This document shows positions 63,501 through 64,000 of a DNA stretch of 64,000 bases, in pieces. A model generated the notes under the pieces. It saw only the letters and a program-made list of their open reading frames with translations, did no database searches and had not been told where the DNA came from. The first letter of the stretch is position 1, and each line of letters begins with the position of its first letter. The DNA lies in NCBI GenBank assembly GCA_002104905.1, contig MCFE01000015.1, positions 187,257 to 251,256 on the forward strand. The letters run 5' to 3'. The position numbers and the translations under genes are program-made. The stretch comes from Basidiobolus meristosporus CBS 931.73. Lineage: Eukaryota; Fungi; Basidiobolomycota.

Positions 63501-63547
63501 ACATAAAAATTCTCAAAGTTGTCCAAACAGCCCCAAACTTGCACACA

Positions 63548-63706
63548 TGTTCTTGGGACCTTCCTTAACCTATTCTACGTGTTTGTAATGCCAAGACCAG
63601 GTAAAAGTCTAAATACTACTTTTACATTCAATAAATCATTAAGTGAAAACCACATACTCTACTTGTTCTCCCAATCACTTCCAATATCTCCAAGACTCTT
63701 ACAACA
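63548..63706 (+). mobile_element. Putative 5' LTR of a Ty1/Copia element
   Basis: TGTT...AACA termini with an internal AATAAA; the right end is fixed by the adjacent PBS; the left end is tentative. Confidence 0.55.
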
Positions 63707-63718
63707 GGTTATGAGCCC
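63707..63718 (+). other. Primer-binding site of Ty5/copia (internal tRNAi-Met fragment) type
   Basis: GGTTATGAGCCC immediately after ...AACA. Confidence 0.75.
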
Positions 63719-64000
63719 CAAGCTGTCACTCTCTGCAATGTCTACTACTGCTATTACTGGAATTTTTCCCTCTGCTGAAAAGTTGGATGGATCTAACTAC
63801 CAAGTGTGGAAGGTGAAGATGAAGATGCAACTACTAGAAAGAGGCCTTTGGGATATTGTCATGGGAGAAGACTGCCCTCCTAAAAACGTGGGAGAGGAAG
63901 CCTTGAAGTTCCAGAAGAAAGAACCAAGTGCCTTTAACTGCATTTGCCTTAATGTTAAAGACAAATTGCTAATTCAATGCTCAAGAGCAAAAATGGCAAA
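63711..64000 (+). mobile_element. Ty1/Copia gag N-terminus (runs off the window)
   Basis: Open frame MSPKLSLSAMSTTAITGIFPSAEKLDGSNYQVWKVKMKMQLLERGLWDIVMG..., with the copia gag L.G.NY..W...M...L....LW.IV.G motif. Confidence 0.85.

Overview
Eukaryotic DNA with short, dense spliceosomal introns. It is most consistent with an early-diverging fungus (Zoopagomycota/Mucoromycota-like; this assignment is inference). From 0.2 to 56.6 kb the window is gene-dense. Genes in order: CSF1/BLTP1, COA2, PCC1, a small stand-alone CS-domain gene, a Pcl-type cyclin, a bHLH-ZIP factor, an M16 metallopeptidase, two tandem MedA-like genes, FHIP, three intronless CreA/Mig1-like zinc-finger paralogs, an aldo-keto reductase, an aquaglyceroporin, an unknown polyQ protein, SEN2, a Tfc7-like His-phosphatase, RCL1 and an orphan 7TM protein. 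From about 59.1 to 64 kb it is an almost CpG-free retroelement block: a head-to-tail array of LINE-like units followed by the 5' end of a Ty1/Copia element. The strongest leads are: (1) 13 exact ATCWGATAA boxes, the iron-GATA repressor consensus, packed around the three CreA-like genes; (2) an array in which RT-coding and ORF1-like units share one 3' terminus ending in oligo(C), suggesting a bipartite or self-targeting non-LTR system; (3) a U12-type (minor spliceosome) intron in RCL1; (4) a sharply bounded homogenised tract between the medA paralogs; (5) a possible relic of the ciliary dynein assembly factor Kintoun/DNAAF2. Exon boundaries and counts were done by hand, and family assignments rest on remembered motifs, not database searches.
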